Shown here: positions 8,022 through 19,600 of the stretch, piece after piece | How the letters are laid out: every line of letters begins with the position of its first letter | Position numbering within the stretch: position 1 is the first letter of the stretch | IMG/VR virus record: IMGVR_UViG_3300030116_002442 | Source of the DNA: an uncultured virus (IMG/VR IMGVR_UViG_3300030116_002442) | Lineage: Duplodnaviria > Heunggongvirae > Uroviricota > Caudoviricetes | DNA length: 64,000 nucleotides | Reading direction: 5' to 3' (one strand) | Notes under the pieces: model-generated | The model's database searches: none | Told to the model about the DNA's origin: nothing | The model's input: the letters and a program-made list of their open reading frames with translations, nothing else | Translations under genes and position numbers: made by a program

Positions 8022-9095
8022 TTACAAAAATAAGTAATTTATTCCAACCTTAAATTCATAAACAGGTCTCATCCAAAATCTTTGATGAGTTCCTTCTAAA
8101 AACAAACCTAAGTTTTTTGAAAACTTAACACCAAAAACTAAACCAGCGTCCCATTCTACAGTGGCTGGTATGCTCTCCCCTTTCCATTGGCTATCACTAT
8201 AGTCAAAGCTATAATTATCGAGGCCCACGTGGTAGGGTAGAACATTCATCCAGCCATGTAACCACCAGTTTGAGTACCACTTATAATAAGCAACGCCTAA
8301 TACAGCAGATAGTTCTTTTTGCAATCCTAACTTGCGCAATTCACTATCATTATAATCATCTATAGCGTTACCAAAATGGTACCTCATAAACTCTCCTGTT
8401 GTGTGAGCTACTTGTATAGAATCTCCACTAGATATATCATACCAGTCATAATTCACATATCCAGCTTGACTCCATTGTTCACTTACATAACCAAAATCTT
8501 CTGCAATTTCAGAAAATGGTGTTACAGCTGGGTCCCAAAAATCATTTATAGGCAAATACCCATAAACTGGGTGCATTCTAAATGCAGCTCCTACAGAAAA
8601 ATCAAAATTTCCCATAGTTTTTCGCCATCTTACATCAGATAGCATATACTTTAAATCAAACTTTTGATTGTCTACAAATTGACCTTTAATAAGGTACGAA
8701 TCACTCAAATAACGTAAGAAATAATCCTGATTTATAAACTCATTCCCTCTATCTCGTACTAAAGAAATATTAGCAAGGTACTCAAAGCCTTTAGCGTTAC
8801 CTATAGGAGCTTTATTTGCTATTTGTGACTCTGTGCCATCATAAAAGGTTTTAACCTTATATTCATAATCAAAACGCGCCACCTTGCGTAAACCTATAGT
8901 ATAATTATAATCAAAAGGATTAACTTCAGTTATATCCAATAATACTTTATCTTCTATTTTATACATACCATCTTCTAAAGTAGAAGAGCTCATAGAGCTT
9001 GATACATAAAATGTAGAGTATTTAAAAAAGTTTTTAATTTCTTGAGCATTAACCACAGAACATAGCAATACTAATATAGCTAATAAACTTTTCAT
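8022..9095 (-). CDS. putative outer-membrane beta-barrel protein
   Basis: Signal peptide ending VNA-Q; alternating aromatic/hydrophobic strands; C-terminal YEFKVGINYLFL. Confidence 0.6.
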   Translation of the reverse strand: MKSLLAILVLLCSVVNAQEIKNFFKYSTFYVSSSMSSSTLEDGMYKIEDKVLLDITEVNPFDYNYTIGLRKVARFDYEYKVKTFYDGTESQIANKAPIGNAKGFEYLANISLVRDRGNEFINQDYFLRYLSDSYLIKGQFVDNQKFDLKYMLSDVRWRKTMGNFDFSVGAAFRMHPVYGYLPINDFWDPAVTPFSEIAEDFGYVSEQWSQAGYVNYDWYDISSGDSIQVAHTTGEFMRYHFGNAIDDYNDSELRKLGLQKELSAVLGVAYYKWYSNWWLHGWMNVLPYHVGLDNYSFDYSDSQWKGESIPATVEWDAGLVFGVKFSKNLGLFLEGTHQRFWMRPVYEFKVGINYLFL

Positions 9096-9097
9096 AT

Positions 9098-9487
9098 CTA
9101 TTGTCCTACTGGTTTAGCTTTTAAATAACAAATAATTGTACTGTTTCCTGTTTTATTAGTTACCTTTTTCCATCTACCCTCTATAGTAACACCAGCGGGA
9201 ACTTGTAAATCATCAAATTTTGTTCCTACACCCCCTGAATCTGCCCCAAAATCTGTTTCTGCAGAAGCAGCCCATGTTCCACCAGCTGGCGTTAAATTAC
9301 CAGTCCATCTAGTGTTTACAGGTGTTAATTCTAATTGAGAACCAGCACCACCACTTGCAGTTCCTAAAATTGTTATAGCTACCACTTCATGTGTAGCTGT
9401 TGCAGTAGATAAATCTAAACTTACATCTGAGCTATCTTTATGTAAAGCCACACTACCATCATATATACTTGTTTTTATTCCAGGCAT
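9098..9487 (-). CDS. hypothetical virion protein
   Basis: G/T/A-rich beta protein; VPAGVTIEGRW. Confidence 0.55.
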   Translation of the reverse strand: MPGIKTSIYDGSVALHKDSSDVSLDLSTATATHEVVAITILGTASGGAGSQLELTPVNTRWTGNLTPAGGTWAASAETDFGADSGGVGTKFDDLQVPAGVTIEGRWKKVTNKTGNSTIICYLKAKPVGQ

Positions 9488-9507
9488 AATTTTATTTTTT
9501 TATATTA

Positions 9508-9654
9508 TTATCTTCCTCCACCTCTTCTGCCAGCTCTTTTTACATAAGCCTTAGCAGTAACTTTACTAGCTTTTTTTGATTTACCAGCAGCCATTCTACT
9601 TTTACTTCTACTTGTTTTTCTTGAACCTCTTAGGTTTTCTAATAAACTACCCAT
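9508..9654 (-). CDS. 48-aa protamine-like basic protein (not in ORF track)
   Basis: MGSLLENLRGSRKTSRSKSRMAAGKSKKASKVTAKAYVKRAGRRGGGR*; fills the intergenic gap. Confidence 0.6.
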   Translation of the reverse strand: MGSLLENLRGSRKTSRSKSRMAAGKSKKASKVTAKAYVKRAGRRGGGR

Positions 9655-9672
9655 TATATTTTATTTTAATTA

Positions 9673-10098
9673 TTAATATGTTGTGTCCTCGTATACATGC
9701 AAGAACTCTATCTCTTGTGTAGCTCCAGCGCTTGCGCAAGTTATATTTACATCACTGTTTCCATCATAAGGAATAAATGCAAATGAACCTGGAGGAATAT
9801 TTCCTATACTTGTTGAGCCATATAAAACTATGCACTCTTCTCCTGCTGTTGTAGAAAGATTTTTTATATATATAAATCCATTTTTATCAGCAGTTACATT
9901 GTCAGCTTCAATAATTTTTGTTGCTCCAGTTTGTCCTGGTGAAAATCTTTGAACACCACTTGACACATCTAAACCTGTACTTCTACTTCCTCTTTTATAT
10001 AAAGCAGAATTACAATATATATTTATAGGAGAACTTGACAAATCATTACTTGTTATTGTCAATGTAGCAGATGTTGTTGATAAATCTTTATAAGCCAT
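9673..10098 (-). CDS. hypothetical virion protein (paralog of 10117-10602)
   Basis: ATLTITS...FIYIKN...GSFAFIP. Confidence 0.6.
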   Translation of the reverse strand: MAYKDLSTTSATLTITSNDLSSSPINIYCNSALYKRGSRSTGLDVSSGVQRFSPGQTGATKIIEADNVTADKNGFIYIKNLSTTAGEECIVLYGSTSIGNIPPGSFAFIPYDGNSDVNITCASAGATQEIEFLHVYEDTTY

Positions 10099-10116
10099 TT
10101 TATTTTTTTTTAATTA

Positions 10117-10602
10117 TTATAATTCTTGTCCTGGTATATAAGCCGCATCAGCACCTTCATATATTATCATATACTCTACTGGCCACGAATCATCTGTTGA
10201 TAAAACAGTTATATCACACCCATCATGAAGTGTTACAGGTAGAAACATAAAATCACCTTCAAACAATTCGCATAACAAGTTTTGGTCTTTATCTGTTTCA
10301 AAAACTTGAAATTTTCTTGTTCCCTTTGTAGTGGTGTTTGGGTTGTTAATATATAAGTAACCCCTACCTCTCGTTGTAGCAGCTGTTGCCGCAGAATAAG
10401 ATGAGCTATCAAATATTAAAATACCTGCTCCACTATTATTAGTACCATTAGCTCTTTTTAATCCTGTAGTTCTTTTACAACCTAACGTATGAGCTATATC
10501 GTGTAGATTCATAGTTTGGTTTATAGATGTGTCAGAAGACGACATCCCTGATGTAGTTAAAGTCAAAGTAGCTTTAGCTGTAGGTGTTGTTGAATACGCC
10601 AT
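10117..10602 (-). CDS. hypothetical virion protein (paralog of 9673-10098)
   Basis: ATLTLTT...YLYINN...GDFMFLP. Confidence 0.6.
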   Translation of the reverse strand: MAYSTTPTAKATLTLTTSGMSSSDTSINQTMNLHDIAHTLGCKRTTGLKRANGTNNSGAGILIFDSSSYSAATAATTRGRGYLYINNPNTTTKGTRKFQVFETDKDQNLLCELFEGDFMFLPVTLHDGCDITVLSTDDSWPVEYMIIYEGADAAYIPGQEL

Positions 10603-10625
10603 TATTATTTGGTTTAAATATTATA

Positions 10626-10633
10626 CAAATATA
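10626..10633 (-). promoter_or_regulatory. Bacteroidota sigma-A -7 element TATATTTG
   Basis: Exact TAnnTTTG in the intergenic gap upstream of 10602. Confidence 0.6.
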
Positions 10634-10654
10634 CTAAATTTTATTATATCAATT

Positions 10655-13600
10655 TTAATCTAATTCTCTTTGAAAGTATCTTCTTACTGGTTTAGGGAAC
10701 AATCTAGGTACCACCCCTTTAGCTTTACTTTCACCTTTCTTACCATATTTAGAGTCTCTTTGATATTTAGCTCCTGTTGTTACATGTTTTATTCCATGTA
10801 AAATATTAAGTCCTGTGTCTATAGAAGGCATACCCATTAAGTATTCAATTCTATCCACATTCATAAGTAAACACATGTCCCAGAACAAGTCTTGTAGTTC
10901 TTTGTGTGTTCCACTTTGCTCATCGTCATCTCCCGCTGCCATTGTCATTAAACCTAAAACTACCACCATACCTAAAGTTCCTCTATAAGCTCTTGCTATA
11001 GCCTCTTGTCTACCTTTAGGAAGGTTTTCAAATCTACCTCGCCATTTTCTTACATCTACCTCTCCGTCTTTAACAATATCTCTTATAAAAGAGAAAGTAG
11101 CTCTACTAGCACCTATCTGTCCTCTATTAAATCTATCTATCTTTTCACCTCCCCATCTGTCAGATATAAATGTAGGGAACCATCTCTTAAACTGTAATAT
11201 ATTAGTTAGTAAACTATAGTTTTGCATTAATCTTTGGTCTAAAGCTGTATAACCTCTACCTTGTACTCCATACACATCTGATTTATATTGGTCTGCATTT
11301 TTAGTTAATTGTTCATATACCTCAGAATCTATAACTACTATTTCCCCTTCTTCATTAACTGTAAATGAATTAAACTCTTCATTAGTTAACTGGCCTACAA
11401 AACCAACTCTTTGTATCCATTTTTCAGAAACAGACATAGGCATAAACATAATTTTACCAAAACCACCTTCAAATAAACCCTCTGTTGATTGGTCTACAGC
11501 ATCTGTAATTACTCCAAACTCTACAGCAATAGCGGTAGCTTTTCTTCTGGCCTCATTATTATATACACCACCCTGACCTATTCCAAAAAATCTAGATTCA
11601 CCTCTTGCCCATCCTTTTATACCACCTCTTCTAAATGAATTATATTTACCTATAGCAACGTTTCCAATAGCTGCAGTAACATTCATACCTAAACCAATTA
11701 ACATTGTCCATTTCTGTAAATTATCAAATATATTGTCACCCCAATGTCTTTTTCCGTCTTTAGTAAATATAGACTTTCTACCTTTCTGTAATATAAATTT
11801 GTCTTTTAACAACTCTCTTATCCATCGAGCGGCATATGGTTGGTCTTTAAATGAATTATAAGATATAGCAGCATCAATTAGTGGTAACTTTTCTTGGAAA
11901 CCCTTAAAGCTAAATCCTGATTGAGAATCTAGCCCATGCATCCATAAGTTTTTTCTTACATATTTATCTAAATTTCCATGTATATCAAATGATGCAGAAA
12001 ACTCTGCAGAAGTAGAACGAGCAGATAAAGACCTGTTAAATGTATGACCATTACTAATATCTACAATATCATCTGATAATATAACTGCATCTCCATTAGC
12101 ATCTACACCAGATTTAACATATCTATTTGCTTGATTCATTAATCTTTTAATCTCTCTTCTTGACCTAAAGTCTTGTGAACCTTTACCTTGTTCATATTGT
12201 TTTACCTTATAATGTTCTATAAAATGACCTAAGGGAGCAGTAGTTCTTACACCATCAATCATACCAACCACATGTATGTTTCGTAGTTTAGCATCATAGT
12301 TATGACCAATATAAGCTGCGGTCATATTTCTATTTATCATCATTTCAAATTTAGACGCAGGCATATTAGGTATATAAGTAGGGCCTCTACCATCTTCTAA
12401 TAAAGGTTTACCGTTTGGTCCCATTTTTTGAGCTAAATGATTTTCAAACATAGTAGTGGTTTCTACATACATTTTATAATATTCCATTTCTGCCTCTGTT
12501 AAACCAGCGTCTTTCATTTTTTGTACACTAACAGTTCCGTTTGTGCTAGTAAAGTCTCTTAACCTTATACTTCTATAGTACCTTCCTGTTTTAGAGTCTA
12601 CGCCCTCTACCTCTTCTATAAGATTACCAAAAACAAATTTGTTGTAAAATAATCTACCATAAGGGATGTAACCATGAATAAATTTATGTACAAACCAAGG
12701 TATTCCTTTAAAAAACTTTAATCTACTTTTTAAAAGTTTATCATAAGACTTGTTTATTTTTCTTCTAATTCTTCTTAACTCTTTATTATGATGCATCTCT
12801 GACTTATTAAGGTCGTTAAGAATAAAAGATATTTCCCCTCTTTGAGCTGAAGATATATTTGCATCTACCCACATTTGCACCCAACTAATATCATTACTAG
12901 ATAATTTATCACCAACCTGTAGTTTTTGTTGTATATCTAATAAAGCATCTACTTGTTGTTGAGTAAAACCTTGGTCTTTTGCTGCTTTTAGAACTTGTTG
13001 TATAGTAGCTAAATGCATTTTTGCTCCTAAAGCTCTACTCATTTTTTCTCTTATGTCTGCCGTGGCAACTGGGTCTAATAAATTGATTTCATTTTTTAAA
13101 ATAGACAACACATCATCAATAGAAAACTCAGAACTATCTATAGACACCACCCCTGTGTCATTTTTAGTAAAGTAAGTTTCTTCAAGAATAGCAATCTTAT
13201 CTACATCTTGTTGGTACTTTACAAAGCTTTCCATTAATTTATTGTAAGATTGTTTATCTTCTTCTTTAAGTTTGTTTAAGTTTACATGAGTTCCTACAAA
13301 CTGGTTTGCATACTCTTGTTCATTCAATATAGGTTTCTTAACATTATAGTATCTTTCTTCTTCTGATTGATACCTTTCGTCCATAGCGTATAAACCATCA
13401 TCATCTTTTATTTCTACACCATCTACTTCGCCTATAGTTTTATGATTTATCCTAGTTTCTACTTGAGAAAACACTTCGTCACCCACAATAGTTGTTTCAT
13501 CAGATTCTATTGACTTGTCTCTTTGTTGTTGAACATCTATTTTTGTAGGCATTCTTTTGTCTTTAGTAAAACTAGGTGCTATAGGTCTTAAAGTAACCTT

Positions 13601-16600
13601 GTCAGTTTCTTTATTTACCTCTGCTTTATATAAAACAGATATGTTTTTACCATTATTTGACAAAGCTTGTACAGAAACAATAGAATTGTGCGATACAGAA
13701 ATCCCCTCAGTATTATCTCTTACAATTTTATTACCTTCTACTTTAAAGCTTTCGTCTATAAAAACAGAATTGTTAATATTCTTATTATTAACCATAACAT
13801 ATTCTGCTATAGCATTTACATAAGGTTGTGTTAATTTACCCTTTAAACTTAATTGTCTTTCAGAAGATGTTAACTGTTGTTTAGTAGCATTACTTACTTT
13901 AGCAGCTTTGTTTCCTAAATAGGGTAGTAAAGCATTAGGACCGTGATGCCCATTCATAGCTAAATCATAAGCTAATAAAAAGTCTTGCGCAGATTTTGGT
14001 AATTTTTCAAAAGCTTTTCTTGCTTCTACTGGATTACTTATTGCTCTACTATTAGGACTAACTCTTTTATTTTGTTTTAAATCTTTTACTTTAATTCCCT
14101 TTGCTATAAGTTTACCATTTTTTATAGCAATAGAAGTTGCCTTACCTGTACTTTCTCTTACAGTTGCTGTATCTAAAGTTTTAATATCTAAAAAGTCTTG
14201 TATAAAAGAATATTGACCGCCATCAGCCATTTGTTCTAAATGACTTATACCAAAATGTAAAATGCTTTCATAACTAGTAGTGTCTTTAGTTAAAGCATCC
14301 ATTACTTTTTCATTTTTAGAATAAGCATCTTCAAAAACGCCTGTTAAATTAAAATTATACAATGTTTTTTCTTGCGCTAATCTTACTGCGCGCACAGTGT
14401 TTTCCATTTTAATTATTTCTTCTTCGCTTATAAAATTAAAATCTGATGAGTTGAATGGTATAATTTTTTCAATAATAGAAGACCACCCACCAGCATAAGC
14501 AGGGTCAGAGTTGGCTACATTGGCTTGTTTTAATAATATTTCAAAATTTCTTTGTAGTAAAGGGTGATTGAATTTTACATTATTTAAAATAGAGTTTACA
14601 TTACCTAATCTTAAGTCCTTTTCAAACTCTTGTAATTCTTTTTTAGATATTTTTTTGTTAAACAAATTACCCACATTAATTACAACCTCTTTGTTACCAT
14701 CATAACTTAACCCTATAGCCTTTCTTATAAGGTCTTTTACACCTGTTGATGTCTTAGGCAAACTACTATCTAAGTTAGATAAATCACCCAAAGTACGTAA
14801 GTTGTTTTGTAATTTTTTGTTACCTAGTGTGCTTATTAATTGCAACACACCTATTCTAGAGTTTTTATTATTTATGTTATTGAGACTTATAGGCGCTGCA
14901 CTTAACTTAAAGATAGGCTCAGTTATACCCATTTTCTTAAGAATAGTTCGTACAGCATCAAAGTTTTTCATGTTAGGATTGTTTTGTAACAACTCTACAT
15001 ATTCTTTTGCTACTGGGGCATTCATAATTATAGAAGCATCTGAGAAAGGAACACCTTTAGATAGTAACTGCGACCAAGAAGTAAAAGTATGCTCGTTCAT
15101 ATTTAACTCACTTGCATTTCCTTTATTAGCATCATCTAAAAAGATGTTTAATAAATAAGCTAAATTAAAACCTCTACCATCTTTACCTTGGTAGTTATTA
15201 TCTATTCTTAATCTAACTTGCTTACCATTTTTAACTTTTACTATTTGATTATTTACACTAGCATTACCCTTTGTGCTTACCCCATAAGAACTTAAAACTT
15301 TATATAAAGTATTAAATAAAGCAGCTTTACCTATATTTTTATTACCCTCTCTATTAGAACGAAACTTTTTGTTGTCATTAACTATACTTAAATCATTAAT
15401 ATCAGATTTAGTATACTCTACACCCTTCGTGTTATTTATTTCATTTTTAGCCTGTCTAACTACACCACCAAAATCTATAGACTTACTCATGTATGTATGA
15501 TACTTATCACTTAACATAAGGTTCATCATAGAGTTTATAGCTTTGTTATATTTTTGTTGAGAATCAGTTAGCTTATCTCCTTGATGTTCTGCTAAAACAT
15601 GTAAAGCATCACCGTCTAAATCAGAACCTATAATGTCAGACATCTGTGAAGGAATCATAACCATGCTACCAGATTTTCTAATAATTTGCGTAACCTTACC
15701 TACTACTGCATCACCTAACTTAGAGGCAGGTACTCTTTGTAAAACTAATCTTTTACCTATTAAAGTTTCTGCTTCTACCCCTGGTATTAAGTTTTCGTGT
15801 ATAGCTATTTCAGCTGGCTCATATTTGTTACCCACTTTTCTGTAAGGCTTTAACCCTAACTTTTCATTAGTAGAAACATTATTAAGATTTACATTAGTTC
15901 CTACACCAAAATCAGTTGACTGATAAGTAATACCACCTTTACCCCTCATTCTTAATCCTCTTTTCTTTAATAAAGATTGTGATAACTTTCTTCTTAATTC
16001 AATACTACCATTATCAAAACTACCTATAGCTAATAAATCTATAGCAGCTTGAGCAAATATATTTGTGTCAGCTTCTTTTGCTAATTTCTCTGAAACCTTT
16101 TTGATTTTTACATCTGTTAACTCTCCGCTTATAAAATGTTGATTTAAAACCTCGTCTACTTTAGATTTAAATGCTTCTACAAATAGCTGTTGTACATTAC
16201 TAGAGTTTTTAATATCAGCAGGTATAGAGTTTAAATGAAATAATATTTGTTTTGCTATAGTAGACGAAGTAGATTGTTTATCTAATTCTGTTTGTATACC
16301 AAAAAATGAACCATCTAATCCATAAGTATCTTCATCTTTAAATAAATTATCTTGATGTTTGTTAAGAAGTTCACCATTGTTTTCGTTAAAAGAAGCTAAC
16401 TTATCTACACTTATTAAACTATTAGATAAGCCTGTGCTTTGGTTTTTAATAGCAGAGTCAAACATTGCTATAGGCATTACATTACCAGGTGTTGCATTAT
16501 CTCTTAATTCTAAAGCGGTGTTTAAACTTTCAAACCCAGGGTTTTTTGCAAGAAAATCTTTGTTTAAAATAAAAACATTTGTCTTTCCATAAAAAGGAAA

Positions 16601-19600
16601 TCTTTCTCCAGCCGTCTTAGCAAAAGTTTTGTTGTCTAAATTTTGACCATTGTATACAAACTTATAATGCTTACCAACTTTTCTTATACCACCATACTTT
16701 TGCTCTACCATTCTTTTAGCCATAGACTCTGTAATAAATGTACAAGCATCTGTTTTGTTTACACCATCTACTTTAACATCTTTTAACATTATAGGCTCTA
16801 TTCTAGAATCTGAATCCCATTGCATATGCATAGCTACAGAGCCCGCTGCTCTTTTAATATAATCATTAGGTCCAGAAAAATGTTTAGCTGGCCCAATTAA
16901 AAGGTCTTTGGCATAGTGTTTGTTTACAGCATAGTTTAGGACTATAACAGATAAAAAGTTTAAGTAAGCGCTTCTATCACCATTCATTTTGGTTTTAATA
17001 TCATTGCTTATTAAATCTAAAGGTTGTGAAGCTATAAACTTTTCTAGTTTTAATACCTCTTGTTTTAATTTAGTTTTGTTTTTATCATACAAATCAAAAA
17101 CCTCTAAAGTCTCACCTTCTTTGTTCTTTAAAAACTTATCCCCTTTATTACTTATGTTTTCTGCTTCAGTCCAAGCTTCATTAAAAGATAGTATAGGTAC
17201 ATTGTTAATTCTTAACTGCATAGTTTTATCACTAAGTATAGAAACACTTTGACTATACGAGCCTCTCTGCTTACTTACTATTGCATTAGCTATCTCAGCT
17301 ATATCCATCATAGTTCTTTGATTAGATGTTTCAAATCCTGCGTTATAAGCGTTCCCATTTACAATACCACCTATCATTTGAACAACATCTTCTGGTTTTA
17401 TTTTACCATCTCTCATAGCTTGCGCTATTTTATTGTCTCCAAAAATAGCAAAGTCTTCTTGTGACATGTTTTCTATTTTTTCTAACAAAAAGTCTACTTG
17501 ATGTTTTTTAGATAATAAATTAGTTTTTTCTCCTGCTGGCATTCTAGTCTGTGAATCAAACTCGCCTAAAGATATAGTTGCTGAAATACTATTAACTATT
17601 TTTTTAACAGCTCCATATGGATGTACTTGTTTTTTTATTCTAGTTGACGCAAATTCTATATTACCATTTTTTAAACTTAAATTAACTCTAGGAAATATAT
17701 TTTTGTTTTCATAAGTATTATTTTCTTTAGAGTATTGAATTAAAGACTTTAAGTTTTTTATTTCAGTGTTTGTAAAATTTTCTTTACTTAGTTTAGTGGT
17801 CAAACCTTTAATAGCACTATTTATTTGTGCGTCTACATTTTTTGGTCGCCTTCCGTCAAAAATAAAAACACCTACATCTTTTATAAGCTCAGAAACTAAA
17901 CCAGGGTTTTCTTCTGTAGGAATAAACTCATCTACTATCTCCATAGTTTCTATTTCAGCTGGAGATATTGATTCTCTATAATTAGAAGGAACTAAATTAG
18001 AGTGTATAAAGTTTGCAATACCTTTTCTTTTTTCGGATAATGATTTATTAGAATTAACCAAAGTATTTAACCCACCTAGTCTTGATAAAAACTTTATTTT
18101 ATATCTTTCTTGACCACTATAAACATTATTAGAATTAGGTGTGTTATTAACTGGTATAGTTAAAAAGCCATTTATTCTATTTACAATATCATTTTGTATA
18201 ATGTTTTTAGAAGCAGCACCATGTCTTTTTATTTGTAACTTACCATTACTAAAATAAGATATGTGATAATCTATTCTTTTCATACCATTCAATTCATGGT
18301 GTAGGTCTTGAATAACATTATCTATCATATTTTTGTTAGGACCTTCGTATTTAGTGTCTGTATATATTTCAGTTAATAAGTTTATAAACCTACCAAAAAC
18401 CCTCATTTCATTTGACTGGTCTCTGTTAAACTTTAAATTTAATAAAGCTTCGTTTGCTTTTGTTTTAAAGTTTTTAAAATCTCTGTTGCCCCATCCAATA
18501 GTATAAAGTATTTTTCTAACTTCTTTAGAACCCATCTTCTTACCATCTATTTCCTCAAACATAGAGTATTCGTTTATAGCATTAGATAGCCCCTCCCCTT
18601 CACCACTTCTTTTGTTATCTATGTAAGCATCCATTGTGCCCATCTCAGTATCTGATTCAAACTCATCTTGTTGGTTTTCAGATAGTAATTCTACATTAGT
18701 AGATATTTGATTTCGTAATGATTGATTTAATAACGAAGTCCAATTATTATCTAAATGGTCTATAGCCTCTTGGTCCATAGATACCTGATAATAATTTTTT
18801 AATAAAGCTTTTAAAGTTCGTTGATTGTCTAATATAAATTGTTTAGCTTTTCTTTTACCAGCAGGGGTAGGCTTACCATCTTCCCTATAAGGACTTCTGT
18901 TTATCTCTTCTATGTAGTCCTCGCTTTTTAAACTATTAATTTCATTGTCTAATTGTTTTGAAACTCTACTGTTAATAGAAGGCGTTCTATCTAAATGCTC
19001 TAGGGTTTCATAGTTACTAGCAATATCACTAGCTCTGGTAGCTCTAGTAGAATAGTAATAACCATCTTTGTTTTTATAATCTTTAACTACATTTTCTACA
19101 GCACTATCTAAATCTTGAGAAAGTTTATCGTGTCCTGTTTTTTCTAAAATTTCTTTAGCTTCTTTTTTTGTAAATATATTTTTTAAGAAATCCCAAAATC
19201 TTCTTATAGCATTTTTAGTTTTCTCTTGTTCTTTTTTTACAATCTTTTTATCTAAATCTTGTTCGTCTAATTTTTTACCCATTAAATCAGCTAAAGCTTC
19301 TTCTTGTATATATCTTTGTTTTTCTACAGAAAGTTCTTTATAACCCTTCATTTGAGTTTTAGCCCACTTAAAGTATTGAGCTCTTGTTTTACCTTTGTTC
19401 TGCGCTCTATTTACCCACTCAGAATATGTAACTAGATTAGGTATACCCTCTCTTAATAACTGTGAAAATGTAAAAACTTTACCTTTTTTTGAAAACAATA
19501 CTTTTCCTAAATAATCATGTTTAATGTTTTCGTATAAAGGATTTATAAATTTTCCATCTTTATCTTTTTTTATTATTAAATCTACAAGGGCCTGTACAGC

